58,982 nt of DNA from an uncultured Gammaproteobacteria bacterium (GTDB lineage: Bacteria; Pseudomonadota; Gammaproteobacteria; Steroidobacterales; Rariloculaceae), in NCBI GenBank assembly GCA_964466315.1, contig CAYXNS010000001.1:81111-140092 (forward strand), read 5' to 3'. The position numbers and the translations under genes were made by a program. This document shows positions 20,818-30,950 of this stretch, one piece after another; the first letter of the stretch is position 1; every line of letters starts with the position of its first letter. The notes below the pieces were generated by a model that did not search any database, had not been told where the DNA came from, and saw only the letters and a program-made list of their open reading frames with translations.

Positions 20818-21774
20818 ATGAAAGCTGCCTTCCTGGATTACGGGACTCTGGGCCCCGGAGTCGATACCGCGCCGCTCGATGAGCTCGTCGACGTCGAGTA
20901 CTATGAGTTTTCGCCCCCGGACGACATACTGGTCCGCCTGCACGATGTGGGCATCGGCATCGTCAATAAGGCGCGAGTCGACGCGGAAACGATGGCGGCG
21001 AATCCCAGCCTGAAACTCATCGTTCTGGCCGCGACCGGCAGCGACAATGTCGATCTCGAGGCCGCACGGGAACGCGGGGTCGCGGTGGTGAATATCCGCA
21101 ACTACTGTACTCCGGCGGTCGTACAGCATGTCTTCGCATTGATATTGGCGCTGACACGCCAGCTCGAGGGCTACCAAACCGTGGTTGACGCCGGCGCCTG
21201 GCAGCGAAGCAACACGTTTGCGCTCTTCGATTTCCCGATCCGGGAACTCACAGGAAAGGTGCTCGGAATCGTCGGCTACGGATCCCTAGGCCGTGGCGTT
21301 GCCGACGTGGGCTGGGCGTTCGGGATGGAAGTGTTGATCGCAGCGCGCCCCGGAGCGGAAGAGAACGCATCCCTGGAATCTCGTATCCCGCTCGACACAC
21401 TCCTCGGGCAGGCAGATGTACTCAGCCTGCACTGCCCGTTGACGGCGACTAACCGCCATATGATCGGCGCTCGCGAACTGGCGGCAATGAAGTCCGATGC
21501 ACTGTTGATCAATACCGCGCGCGGCGCTCTCGTGGACAGCGCGGCACTGGTCGAAGCATTACGGCAGGGCGAAATCGGAGGTGCGGGAATCGATGTGCTG
21601 GCGAAGGAGCCACCCACGGACGACGAGCCGCTGCTGACTGCCGGCATTCCGAATCTGATCCTGACGCCGCATATCGCCTGGACCGCAACGGAGTCGAGGC
21701 AACGAACGCTCGATCAGGTGGCCGAGAACGTAAAGGACTATCTTGCCGGTGGAGAGCTACGGCGCCTGGTCTGA
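20818..21774 (+). CDS. D-2-hydroxyacid dehydrogenase (glycerate dehydrogenase/HprA-like)
   Basis: GYGSLG Rossmann motif, SLHCPL, INTARG, LTPHIAW; start ATG 20818 or GTG 20806. Confidence 0.92.
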   Translation: MKAAFLDYGTLGPGVDTAPLDELVDVEYYEFSPPDDILVRLHDVGIGIVNKARVDAETMAANPSLKLIVLAATGSDNVDLEAARERGVAVVNIRNYCTPAVVQHVFALILALTRQLEGYQTVVDAGAWQRSNTFALFDFPIRELTGKVLGIVGYGSLGRGVADVGWAFGMEVLIAARPGAEENASLESRIPLDTLLGQADVLSLHCPLTATNRHMIGARELAAMKSDALLINTARGALVDSAALVEALRQGEIGGAGIDVLAKEPPTDDEPLLTAGIPNLILTPHIAWTATESRQRTLDQVAENVKDYLAGGELRRLV

Positions 21775-21776
21775 CG

Positions 21777-22472
21777 TCAGCTCGGCGGATGCTCGGGGCC
21801 GACGAGACGGCCCGCCGCGAGTTCGAATATGCGGTTGCAGCGGTCTGCCGCAACGATATCGTGGGTAACGAGCACCAGAGTCGTCTCGGCGGCGGCGTTG
21901 AGCTCGAATAAGAGACTCATGACGCGCGCACCCGTCTTGTTGTCGAGATTCCCGGTCGGCTCGTCCGCGAATAGCAGCGCGGGTTCCGTAACGAAAGCTC
22001 GTGCAATTGCGACGCGCTGTTTCTCTCCGCCCGAGAGTTGTCGCGGATAGTGGTGCAGGCGGCTCTCGAGGCCGACCTGGGTCAGAGCCTTACGGGCGCG
22101 TTCCGCTTCGTGATCCACTCCGCTGAGTTCGAGCGGCAGCAACACATTCTCGAGCGCCGTGAGCGACGGCAGCAGATGAAATGACTGAAAGATGAATCCG
22201 ACCTGGCGATTCCGGAGTCTTGCTCGGCCGTCCTCGTCCAGCGCGGTAAGCTCCTCATCGCCGAGCCAGACCTGCCCGCTGGTGGGCTCGTCCAGGCCTG
22301 CGAGAAGCGCCAATAGCGTCGATTTCCCGGCACCTGAGGGCCCAACAACTGCCGCGGTCTCGCCTCGCTTTACGCTGAGGCTGACATCGTTCAGGATGGT
22401 CAGCTCCCCTTCGGGGCTGGTAACCTTTTTGGTTAGTGCCCGGGCAGTTAGTAAGGACTTTGCATCAATCAT
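21777..22472 (-). CDS. ybbA: ABC transporter ATP-binding protein, YbbA-like
   Basis: GPSGAGKS, LSGGEKQRVA, FADEPTGNLD; divergent from tesA with the two start codons sharing CATG at 22470-22473. Confidence 0.87.
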   Translation of the reverse strand: MIDAKSLLTARALTKKVTSPEGELTILNDVSLSVKRGETAAVVGPSGAGKSTLLALLAGLDEPTSGQVWLGDEELTALDEDGRARLRNRQVGFIFQSFHLLPSLTALENVLLPLELSGVDHEAERARKALTQVGLESRLHHYPRQLSGGEKQRVAIARAFVTEPALLFADEPTGNLDNKTGARVMSLLFELNAAAETTLVLVTHDIVAADRCNRIFELAAGRLVGPEHPPS

Positions 22473-23112
22473 GTTCGTCAAAGGCGTAAATCGAGTCCAC
22501 TCGGTCGCCGGAGTGTTGACAGCGGCGCTCATTGCGTTCGTCGGGGCCACGTCCGTCAGGTCTGCCGAACAGACCATCGTCGTTGTCGGCGATTCCCTGA
22601 GCAGCGGCTACGGAATGCGTATCGAGCAGTCCTGGGTGTCCAAGCTGGAAGATCGCCTCAAGATCGAAGGTTACGGATATGAAGTAGTCAATTCCAGTAT
22701 CTCGGGAGACACGACTTCCGGCGGGCTGGCCAGGTTGCCGAGGATTCTCGAACTGCATCAACCCGTGATCGTGATCATCGAACTCGGTGGCAACGACGGG
22801 TTGCGCGGACAACCCGTGAGTAATCTGCGTGCCAATCTCGCTGCGATGATCGTGATGACACAGGATTCCGGCGCTACGCCCATGTTGACCGGTATTCGGA
22901 TTCCGCCGAATTATGGTCCGGGGTATACGGCGGCTCTGGCCAACATCTATTCGGAACTCGCAGCCGAGTTCGGGCTCCCGCTCGTACAGTTTCTGATGGA
23001 CGACGTCGCGCTCAACGGCGAACTCATGCAGGCGGACGGCGTCCATCCCAACGCGCGGGGTAACGACGTCATGCTCGAGAACGTGTGGGCTGTGCTCGAG
23101 GGTTTGCTCTGA
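22471..23112 (+). CDS. tesA: Arylesterase / acyl-CoA thioesterase I (SGNH)
   Basis: Signal peptide, GDSLS, ELGGNDGLRG, DGVHPN; the ORF-track extension to 22192 is antisense to ybbA. Confidence 0.93.
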   Translation: MFVKGVNRVHSVAGVLTAALIAFVGATSVRSAEQTIVVVGDSLSSGYGMRIEQSWVSKLEDRLKIEGYGYEVVNSSISGDTTSGGLARLPRILELHQPVIVIIELGGNDGLRGQPVSNLRANLAAMIVMTQDSGATPMLTGIRIPPNYGPGYTAALANIYSELAAEFGLPLVQFLMDDVALNGELMQADGVHPNARGNDVMLENVWAVLEGLL

Positions 23113-23134
23113 GTCTTGCCGATAGCATCGCCTG

Positions 23135-24796
23135 ATGGACAGGCCCTGGTTAGACGCCTATCCGCCTGGCGTGCCTTACGAGATCGATCCGGATCAACAC
23201 GACTCCCTCGCAGCGCTGTTGGAGGCGAGTTTCTCGCGCTACGCGGATTCGCCGGCTTTCTCGAATCTCGGGACCGAGATGAGCTTTGCAACCGTCGAGA
23301 AGCTGAGCCGCGACTTTGCGGCCTACCTGCAGTCCGTCTCCTCGTTGCAGCCTGGCGATCGGGTCGCCGTGATGATGCCGAACGTGCTGCAGTACCCGGT
23401 TGTCGTTTTCGGTATCCTTCGAGCCGGACTCGTCGCCGTCAATGTCAATCCGCTCTATACCGCTAGAGAACTGGAGCACCAACTTACGGACAGCGGTGCC
23501 AAAGCGATCCTCGTAATGGAAAACTTCGCGGCGACCGTAGCGGAGGTGGTCGAAGGAACGGACGTCGATCACGTCATCATCACGCGGCTTGGCGACCATC
23601 TGCCCCCGGTGAAACGCGCGCTAACGCATCTCATCGTGAAATATGTGAAGCGCCTCGTGCCGAAATGGCGGATCGAAGCTGCCGTCAACTACATCGAGGC
23701 CCTCGCTCACGGAAGTCGTCGAGACTACGAGGCGGTCGCCATCGGGCCTGATGACGTTGCGTTTCTACAGTACACGGGCGGGACGACGGGCGTCGCGAAG
23801 GGAGCCGTGCTGACTCATAGAAACTTAGTCAGTAACGTACTGCAGGCCGCCGCCTGGTCGCGGCCGGTCATCAAAGGGCCTGGAAACCTCGTCGTTGCGC
23901 CCTTGCCCCTCTATCACATCTTCTCACTGACGGCGAATCTATTGTGTTTTGTCGAACTCGGTACCCACAATCTGCTAATCACGAATCCGAGGGACGTGCC
24001 CGGGTTCGTGAAGGAGCTGAAGAAGGTGTCGTTCTCGTTCATGACGGGAGTCAATACGCTGTTTGTCGCTTTGCTGCAGCAGCCGGAGTTCGCCGACGTC
24101 GACTTCAGTGCGCTCAAGGCTTGCCTGGGTGGCGGTATGGCGGTGCAGCGCGCTGTATCGGATGACTGGCAGACACTGACGGGTATGCCGATTATTCAGG
24201 GCTACGGACTGACGGAAGCGTCTCCCGTCATCAGCGCCAATCCGCTCACGGATTCCGAGTTCAACGGCTCCGTTGGGCTGCCGGTACCGTCCACGGATGT
24301 CGCGATCTTCGATGATAACGGCGAGATCCTGCCCGTAGGCGAGGTCGGTGAGATCTGTGCTCGCGGTCCACAGATCATGCGGGGTTACTGGAACCGGCCC
24401 GAAGCGACGGCCAAGATTATTTTCGGTGACGGTTGGCTGCGAACAGGCGACGCCGGCCGGATGGACGAGCAAGGCTTTATCTATATCGAGGACCGGCTCA
24501 AGGACCTGATTATCGTGTCCGGCTTCAACGTCTATCCGAGCGAGATCGAGGATGTCGTCGTTAGCCATCCAGGCATAGTCGAAGCCACGGTAATCGGTAT
24601 GCCGGACCAAGGATCGGGAGAGGCCGTCAAGCTCTTCGCCGTCAAAAAGGACGCTTCGTTAACGCGGCAGGCACTCATTGAGTTCTGTCGTGAGCGATTG
24701 ACCGCCTACAAGATACCAAGTCAGGTTGAGTTTCGCGATGACCTGCCGAAGTCGAACATCGGTAAGGTCCTGAAACGAGAACTCCGTGACGAGTAA
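23135..24796 (+). CDS. fadD: Long-chain fatty acid-CoA ligase
   Basis: PW...YP.GVP start, LQYTGGTTG.AKG, GYGLTE, WLRTGD, LPKSNIGK. Confidence 0.94.
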   Translation: MDRPWLDAYPPGVPYEIDPDQHDSLAALLEASFSRYADSPAFSNLGTEMSFATVEKLSRDFAAYLQSVSSLQPGDRVAVMMPNVLQYPVVVFGILRAGLVAVNVNPLYTARELEHQLTDSGAKAILVMENFAATVAEVVEGTDVDHVIITRLGDHLPPVKRALTHLIVKYVKRLVPKWRIEAAVNYIEALAHGSRRDYEAVAIGPDDVAFLQYTGGTTGVAKGAVLTHRNLVSNVLQAAAWSRPVIKGPGNLVVAPLPLYHIFSLTANLLCFVELGTHNLLITNPRDVPGFVKELKKVSFSFMTGVNTLFVALLQQPEFADVDFSALKACLGGGMAVQRAVSDDWQTLTGMPIIQGYGLTEASPVISANPLTDSEFNGSVGLPVPSTDVAIFDDNGEILPVGEVGEICARGPQIMRGYWNRPEATAKIIFGDGWLRTGDAGRMDEQGFIYIEDRLKDLIIVSGFNVYPSEIEDVVVSHPGIVEATVIGMPDQGSGEAVKLFAVKKDASLTRQALIEFCRERLTAYKIPSQVEFRDDLPKSNIGKVLKRELRDE

Positions 24797-24800
24797 CCGA

Positions 24801-24893
24801 ACAATGGACAAAAAAAGTAGAAAACGGACCGGGTTCCTTTAGCTAAGGCCCTTTATATCTAAGGGTACCCGGTACAGTTTTTTGCACCATTGT
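24801..24893. repeat. Imperfect inverted repeat filling the convergent fadD/DUF445 spacer
   Basis: Inner arms ACCGGGTTCCTTTAG and CTAAGGGTACCCGGT (13/15 complementary); outer arms ACAATGG..AAAAAA and TTTTTT..CCATTGT. Confidence 0.65.
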
Positions 24894-26140
24894 TATAGCG
24901 GCATGACGCCCCATACAAGATAGATTAGGACGCCGACAAGGCCGCCGACCAGCGTTCCGTTGATGCGAATGAACTGCAGATCGCGGCCGATATACAGCTC
25001 GATGCGTTCGGCGGTAGCCGTCGTGTCCCACTGCTCGATCGTATCCGACACGATTTCGCTCAACGGTTGCCGGTAGGTTTCGACGAGATAGGTGATAAGC
25101 TCGCGAAGCCACCCGTTGAGGCGCTCGCTGATCACGGTGTCTTCCTGCAGGCTTACTCCGATAATACTGAGTTCACGCTCGAGGCCGACGCGAATCGGAG
25201 AGCCGGAGTCGTTCAGAGCGTCGCTGAGATAGCTTCTGATGCGCTCCCATAAATCGTCGAGATACTGCCGGACGGCCGGATGCCGCAGGAACTCGTCACG
25301 CAATATCTGGCCCCTCTCGATGGTAACGGGATCATCACGCAGTGCTTCCCGAAGATCCTTTAACCGCCGGTCGAAGTCGGCACGGGCCGAATGGGTGGGA
25401 TCATCTCCGATCTCATCGAGAATCCTCTGCAACTCGCCGACCAGTTGCTCGTAAATTTCCTCGTCGACGAATCTCGGCAACCACCATGGACTACGATCCT
25501 TGATACGTGCGCGGATCCTTTCTTCGTTCGATCTGAGGTGGTTGCGGCCGACCTCCACGAGTTGATCGACGAGAGCCTGACCGTGATCGCCCGAGGTAAA
25601 TACGTCCAAGATGACACCCAACCCGGCACTCACGGAGGCCTGCTCGAGCGCGCGGTGGAGGTTGTCTCGTAGCGACTGGCGCAACTCAGCGCTGTCGACG
25701 GCACCGATCAGCCAATCGAGCGCGTAGCCCAGGTCCCTGCTGACGAGGCGCGAATTGTCCTCGCGCGCAAGCCAGGCGCCAAGGCGGCCGGCAAGGTCCG
25801 CCCGAGATAACCGCGGCAGAACGGCATCCTTGACGAGGAAATGATCGCGAATGAAGCGGGCGAGCGCCTGGCCGATGTCGTTCTTGCGTGCGGGCACGAT
25901 CGCCGTGTGCGGAATCGGCAACCCGAGTGGTCGTCGGAACAGAGCACTCACCGCGAACCAGTCCGCTAAAGCGCCGATCATTCCTGCCTCCGCGAACGCC
26001 GCGACGACTCCGAGCCAGGGATGGGCTCGCATAAGAAAGCTCGTCACGACGAACAGGACAGCCACACCTACGAGCAGGCCGGTCGCGAACCACTGCATGT
26101 GCCGAAGGCGCCGTTCCAGGGCGGCCTCCACGGTAGTCAT
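24893..26140 (-). CDS. DUF445 family membrane protein
   Basis: AEAGMIGALADWFAV..LFRRPLGLPIPHTAI and GRDLQFIRINGTLVGG. Confidence 0.92.
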   Translation of the reverse strand: MTTVEAALERRLRHMQWFATGLLVGVAVLFVVTSFLMRAHPWLGVVAAFAEAGMIGALADWFAVSALFRRPLGLPIPHTAIVPARKNDIGQALARFIRDHFLVKDAVLPRLSRADLAGRLGAWLAREDNSRLVSRDLGYALDWLIGAVDSAELRQSLRDNLHRALEQASVSAGLGVILDVFTSGDHGQALVDQLVEVGRNHLRSNEERIRARIKDRSPWWLPRFVDEEIYEQLVGELQRILDEIGDDPTHSARADFDRRLKDLREALRDDPVTIERGQILRDEFLRHPAVRQYLDDLWERIRSYLSDALNDSGSPIRVGLERELSIIGVSLQEDTVISERLNGWLRELITYLVETYRQPLSEIVSDTIEQWDTTATAERIELYIGRDLQFIRINGTLVGGLVGVLIYLVWGVMPL

Positions 26141-26895
26141 TGAACGGCGGCCGCGATTTCCGCTTGCATAGACTCGGCGGCCTCTCGTGGGCTAACCGCG
26201 TTACGTATCGGCCGGCCGACGACGATGTAGTCAGCGCCGTTTGCGAACGCCTGCGCGGGCGTGACGATACGTTTCTGATCGTCCGCGGAGTTTCCCTCCG
26301 CCGGACGAATTCCAGGGCTTACGATCAAGAGTTCGGCCCCGAGTGCTTCCCGAATTGCCGGGGCCTCGAGTCCCGACGCGATTACGCCGTCGCAGCCGGC
26401 CGTGCGGGCCTGCTCTGCGCGCATGAGTACCAGGCTCTTGACGTCCATATCGATCCCCATCTGCGTCAAGTCGTCCTGATCGAGGCTGGTCAGCACCGTT
26501 ACGGCCAGCAGGCGCAAGCTCGGCCCCTTCTCGGCAGCTGCCGCCTCCATAATGGCCCGATCGCCGTGGATGGTCAGAAAGGTTGCACCCCAACACTGTA
26601 ACTGGCGCACCGCTGCGGAGACCGTCGCCGGGACATCGTAGAACTTCAGGTCCGTAAACACCTGTTTGTTCTGCTCGAGGAGCCAGGCCAGTAAATCGAA
26701 GTACTCGCCCGACATCGCGAGTTCGAGCCCGATCTTGTAAAACTCGACCGAGTCGCCGAGTTCCCCGACGAGAGTTCGGGCACGTTCGGCATCGGGGACG
26801 TCCAGTGCGACGATGAGCCGCTGGCGCGCTGGAACGGGTGCAGTACTGCGAGTGGAAGCGGCTGACACGGCCCGCATTCTATCAGAGCGGCTCAT
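26137..26895 (-). CDS. pyrF: Orotidine-5'-phosphate decarboxylase
   Basis: LIVALD, DLKFYDVPATV, VTVLTS, PGIR, DDQKR, VVGRPI; exact start uncertain. Confidence 0.96.
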   Translation of the reverse strand: MSRSDRMRAVSAASTRSTAPVPARQRLIVALDVPDAERARTLVGELGDSVEFYKIGLELAMSGEYFDLLAWLLEQNKQVFTDLKFYDVPATVSAAVRQLQCWGATFLTIHGDRAIMEAAAAEKGPSLRLLAVTVLTSLDQDDLTQMGIDMDVKSLVLMRAEQARTAGCDGVIASGLEAPAIREALGAELLIVSPGIRPAEGNSADDQKRIVTPAQAFANGADYIVVGRPIRNAVSPREAAESMQAEIAAAVQ

Positions 26896-26918
26896 CGAAC
26901 CGGCAGCCGCAGCGTGTG

Positions 26919-28052
26919 CTACAACGCTTCGTGCGCCTGGAGCGCGAAGCGGTCCGTCATCCCCGCGATATAGTCCGCCACGACGCGGGCGCCGCCACCG
27001 GACCCATGGGTATCGTGGCCTTTTCGGGCACGATTCGCGTACTCGTCCGGCAGCCTCTCGTAGTTGGTCGTATAGACATCGAACAGCTTCGACACGATGC
27101 CCTTTGCCTGTTCCGTCATCCGGCTGACGCGTGGATGACGATAGAGATGCTCCCGCAAGTATTGCTTCAAAGTGGTCATAGCCTCGGCACGAGGCTTGCT
27201 GAATCCGATCAGAGGTCGTGGTTGTAAGCGAATGGCTGCGAGATCTTCTGGCGCTGCCAACTCGATCCGCGCACAGCTCGTGTCGATCAGATCGGTTACG
27301 AATTCGCCGATCAGCCCACGAACGACCTCGTGAATCTCGCGGCGCTCGCCTATTCCCGGATGCTGGCTCTGCACGACCTCGAGTTGTTCGGCAATGATCG
27401 GTAGCTCGGCGAGTTCGGCGAGGTCGATCAGGCCAGAGCGGAGGCCGTCGTCGACATCGTGATTGTTGTATGCGATCTCGTCGGCGATATTCGCAAGCTG
27501 TGCTTCGAGTCCGGGCTGTTCGCGGCTCAGAAAACGCTCGCCTAGGTCACCCAATTGGCGGGCGTTGGCTGCCGAGCAATGCTTCAAGATTCCCTCGCGC
27601 GTCTCGAAGGTCAGATTCAGACCCGGAAAATCGGCGTGGCTGTTCTCGAGTCGATCGACGACGCGTAACGACTGAAGGTTGTGTTCGAAGCCGCCGAAGT
27701 TACGCATGCAGGCATTCAGCGCGTCCTGGCCGGCATGGCCGAAGGGCGTATGACCTAGATCGTGAGCGAGGCTTATCGCTTCGACGAGGTCTTCGTTGAG
27801 CCGAATCGCACGGGCGACCGTACGCGCGATCTGCGCTACCTCCAACGAATGAGTAAGCCGCGTACGGTAAAGGTCACCTTCGTGATTGACGAAAACCTGC
27901 GTCTTATAGACCAGCCGGCGGAATGCGGCGGAGTGAATGATGCGATCGCGATCGCGCTGAAACTCGGTACGGTACGCGGGAGGATCCTCCGGATAGCGGC
28001 GGCCTCTCGAATTCGATGCGGTGACCGCGTACGGAGCGAGGTCTACGGACAC
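26919..28052 (-). CDS. dgt: Deoxyguanosinetriphosphate triphosphohydrolase
   Basis: FQRDRDRIIHS.AFRRL..KTQV, RTRLTHSLEV, HDLGHTPFGH, DYIAGMTD. Confidence 0.95.
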   Translation of the reverse strand: MSVDLAPYAVTASNSRGRRYPEDPPAYRTEFQRDRDRIIHSAAFRRLVYKTQVFVNHEGDLYRTRLTHSLEVAQIARTVARAIRLNEDLVEAISLAHDLGHTPFGHAGQDALNACMRNFGGFEHNLQSLRVVDRLENSHADFPGLNLTFETREGILKHCSAANARQLGDLGERFLSREQPGLEAQLANIADEIAYNNHDVDDGLRSGLIDLAELAELPIIAEQLEVVQSQHPGIGERREIHEVVRGLIGEFVTDLIDTSCARIELAAPEDLAAIRLQPRPLIGFSKPRAEAMTTLKQYLREHLYRHPRVSRMTEQAKGIVSKLFDVYTTNYERLPDEYANRARKGHDTHGSGGGARVVADYIAGMTDRFALQAHEAL

Positions 28053-28064
28053 GTCACACCCGAC

Positions 28065-29141
28065 TCAGGCGCACTGTGTCTCGATGACATCTCGCAGCAC
28101 AGACTCTTCCGGCGACGGCGTGACCGCACCTTCCCCGATCTGCTTCAGCAGCACGAGTTTGAGCCCGTCCGCACGCGCCTTCTTGTCCATCCGCATGCAC
28201 TCGAGCAGTGGATCAACGCCGACGTCCGCCACGCTGACCGGCAGTCCAGCTCGCGCAAGAAGTGCCTCGATACGATCGCAGTCAACCGCGGCTATCCAGC
28301 CGAGCTGAGCGGAGGTTCGCGCAGCGAGCACAATGCCTATGGATACGGCCTCGCCATGCAGGCGCTGACCATAACCGCCCAGAGTCTCGATCGCGTGGCC
28401 GAATGTATGGCCGAGATTCAGCAAGGCTCGCCTGCCGCGCTCGCGTTCGTCTTCTGCGACGATAGCGGCTTTGAGTTCGCAATTTTTTCGTACGACGAAA
28501 CTCAAAGCTTCGGCGTCAAGGGCGATGACGTCATCCATGCGCTCCTCCAGCCAGGTGAAGAAATCGCGATCGAGTATCAGGCTGTGCTTAATGACTTCGG
28601 CCATTCCCGCGGCGAACTCACGGGGAGGTAATGTTTTCAGCGTATCGGTATCCGCTACCACGCAGGTCGGTTGGTAGAACGCTCCGATCATGTTCTTGCC
28701 ACTAGGGTGGTTGACAGAGGTCTTACCACCCACGGAGGAATCCACTTGGGCGAGTAGAGTCGTCGGCACCTGGACGTAGTCGATGCCGCGCTGATAGCAA
28801 GAGGCGGCGAAGCCGCCTATATCGCCGACGACACCGCCACCCAGCGCCACGAGGCAGGCATCCCGGTGGAAGCCGTGTTGCATGAGGGTATCGATGATCG
28901 TCGCGAATGTTGTAAGCGTCTTTTGCTCCTCGCCATCGGGCAGGATTAAAGCATGCTGTTCATCTGCCGCGATGGCGTTCTCGAGCGTAGCGAGATACAA
29001 CGGCGCGACGATCTCATTCGTCACGATCAGGACTTGGCGTGCCGAAATGAGTTCCGCGAGCACGTTCGATGCGCCCAAAAGACCTGAGCCGATCAAAATC
29101 GGGTAGCTGCGTTCTCCCAATGAAACCTGCAGGATATCCAT
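28065..29141 (-). CDS. aroB: 3-dehydroquinate synthase
   Basis: GGGVVGD, PTTLLAQVDSSVGGKT, LNLGHTFGHA, HGEAV; start ATG 29141. Confidence 0.97.
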   Translation of the reverse strand: MDILQVSLGERSYPILIGSGLLGASNVLAELISARQVLIVTNEIVAPLYLATLENAIAADEQHALILPDGEEQKTLTTFATIIDTLMQHGFHRDACLVALGGGVVGDIGGFAASCYQRGIDYVQVPTTLLAQVDSSVGGKTSVNHPSGKNMIGAFYQPTCVVADTDTLKTLPPREFAAGMAEVIKHSLILDRDFFTWLEERMDDVIALDAEALSFVVRKNCELKAAIVAEDERERGRRALLNLGHTFGHAIETLGGYGQRLHGEAVSIGIVLAARTSAQLGWIAAVDCDRIEALLARAGLPVSVADVGVDPLLECMRMDKKARADGLKLVLLKQIGEGAVTPSPEESVLRDVIETQCA

Positions 29142-29189
29142 CTTGCTAGTCGCCAAGTTACGGGTGGAGGAAAGGTTCGCAGGGGCGCA

Positions 29190-29729
29190 TCAGTTTTTCA
29201 ACGGGCCCAGCCCGCGTTCCTTGAAAATCTTCTGGATGCTCGAGACGACGGCTCTGACATGGCGTCCACCTGTCTCGACCGAGAACGATGCCAGGCTTTC
29301 GTACAGAGGCCCCCGAATGGCAGCGAGCCGCTCCAGCGTCTCCTGCGGGTCTCCCTCTGAGAGCAACGGCCGATTCTTCGCATGTTGCGTTCGTTCGAGC
29401 TGCCGGTTGACGCTTGTCCGTAGATAGATGACGGTTCCAGTCTGTGCCAGATTGTGACGGTTCTCCTCGCCGATCACGGAGCCGCCGCCCGTAGCGAGCA
29501 CGATCCGTTCGCGTCGAGTCAGGTTCGCGATACATTCCTGCTCGCGCTGACGAAAACTCGCCTCACCCTCCTTCTCGAAGATATAGGAGATGTCGACACC
29601 GGTGCTCTTCTCGATCTCGGCGTCACTATCGAAGAACTTCATGCCGAGTTCCGTCGCGAGTTGCTTTCCGACCGCGGTCTTGCCGGAGCCCATTGGGCCG
29701 ATCAGGTAGATGTTGGTGTGGGCGGTCAC
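29190..29729 (-). CDS. aroK: Shikimate kinase
   Basis: GPMGSGKT, FFDSD, GEASFR, ATGGG, RPLL. Confidence 0.96.
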   Translation of the reverse strand: MTAHTNIYLIGPMGSGKTAVGKQLATELGMKFFDSDAEIEKSTGVDISYIFEKEGEASFRQREQECIANLTRRERIVLATGGGSVIGEENRHNLAQTGTVIYLRTSVNRQLERTQHAKNRPLLSEGDPQETLERLAAIRGPLYESLASFSVETGGRHVRAVVSSIQKIFKERGLGPLKN

Positions 29730-29792
29730 TGTACGTGAAGTCTAACAGCCTGCTCGCGCCCACAGCCGCTAGTTGGCCGTTTACCCAAAATG

Positions 29793-29818
29793 AAAAGGCC
29801 AGCGCAACGGCTGGCCTT
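29793..29818 (-). terminator. Rho-independent terminator after the pil operon / Ig-like region
   Basis: Minus strand AAGGCCAGC-CGTTGC-GCTGGCCTTTT, about 22 nt after the stop at 29841. Confidence 0.7.
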
Positions 29819-29840
29819 CTCTATATCAATCGGAAGCGGG

Positions 29841-30950
29841 TTAAAGCGTGTCGGCGCAAGTCGGGAACAGACTACCATCGCCGAACGGGCTGATCGGCCC
29901 TGGTGGCGAGATGTTCTGGTTATTGAAGTCCGACGCGGTGCCCGTTAGCTCGAAGCTCAGAGCCTCGGCAAACTCGGTGCCGCTGACATCGCCTACCGTT
30001 GCCTGCAGCGTAACCTGGGCGTAGTACGCGTATTCCTGTGGGTAGAACAGGTCGACGAAACCGAAGCCGTTCTGATCGGTCACGAGCGTACCGCCGCCGG
30101 TTCCTTGTGCGGAGACCGTGGCGATGTTGTTCGCTTCGAGCCGGCCGCTCGAGTTGAAATCTTCGCCGGCGTCGAGAATACCGTTGCGGTTTACGTCCTC
30201 GTCCGCGCAAACGGCCGTGGTCGTCGTCCACGAGCTTCCGCCCAGAGGGAAGCTCCGGAAACCATTCATGTAGAAGTCGGATAGAACGGCGACCTGTACC
30301 GTCGCACCGGGGACGCCGTTGCCCTGCGAATCGGTGACCTGTATCGCGTACTCGACGCGGAATTGGACGCTGTTCGGCTCGGAGATCTCGTTACCGGTAC
30401 CGATACTCAGGAATTGCTCGCGCTGAGCGACCGTCAACAGGACGAAATCGGTAACCGCCGCGCCCTGAACCGTGGCATCGATCCTCACGCCTTCGGCCGC
30501 GCTCGTCACCGTGCTCGACGTGTAGAATGTCTGCGCCTGGCCGGCGCTGCCAGTCACGGCTTGTCCGGCCGACAACGTACCGCCCGTGATATCGACGGCC
30601 GAGAAGTCGATTACCTGGTTTTTCACGAGATTGCCGGCAGCATCCCGGACCGTGGCCGAAATCGCGCACTGCTCATTGATGCCAATATTCAGCGGGCTGG
30701 CCTGGAGTTCCAGCGTCGCCGGCACGGTTGCGACGAACTCTATCTGGAGCGATGTCGTCGTACCGTCGGTATTCGTCGCCGTGATGATGGCCGGGCCCGC
30801 GTTCGTCGCGCTGATGTCGACGGTGACGTTACCTGCGACGGCGTTGATGACGCTCGGGATGACCGTACCGCGAGTCGTGGAAAAGTTGACCGGTAAGCCG
30901 TTGATGGGTGCACCGCCCGACTGCCAGTTGACCGTGACGGACTGATTCGA
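29841..30950 (-). pseudogene. Ig-like (Big_1/invasin-type) repeat coding region lacking its own start and signal peptide; 5'-truncated gene or readthrough extension of pilQ
   Basis: Frame is open from 30950 (SNQSVTVNWQSGGAPINGLPVNFSTTRG...) to TAA 29841; Ig-like motifs ATVRDAAGNLVKNQVIDF and QVTDSQGNGVPGATV; DVNRNG/DFNSSG Ca-binding-like loops. The first possible start (GTG 30725) discards one Ig-like unit. Confidence 0.7.

Noticed and set aside
22192-22577. Long overlap of the tesA and ybbA ORFs
   Set aside because: The real starts share CATG at 22470-73. Head-to-head overlap of this pair is already known from E. coli.
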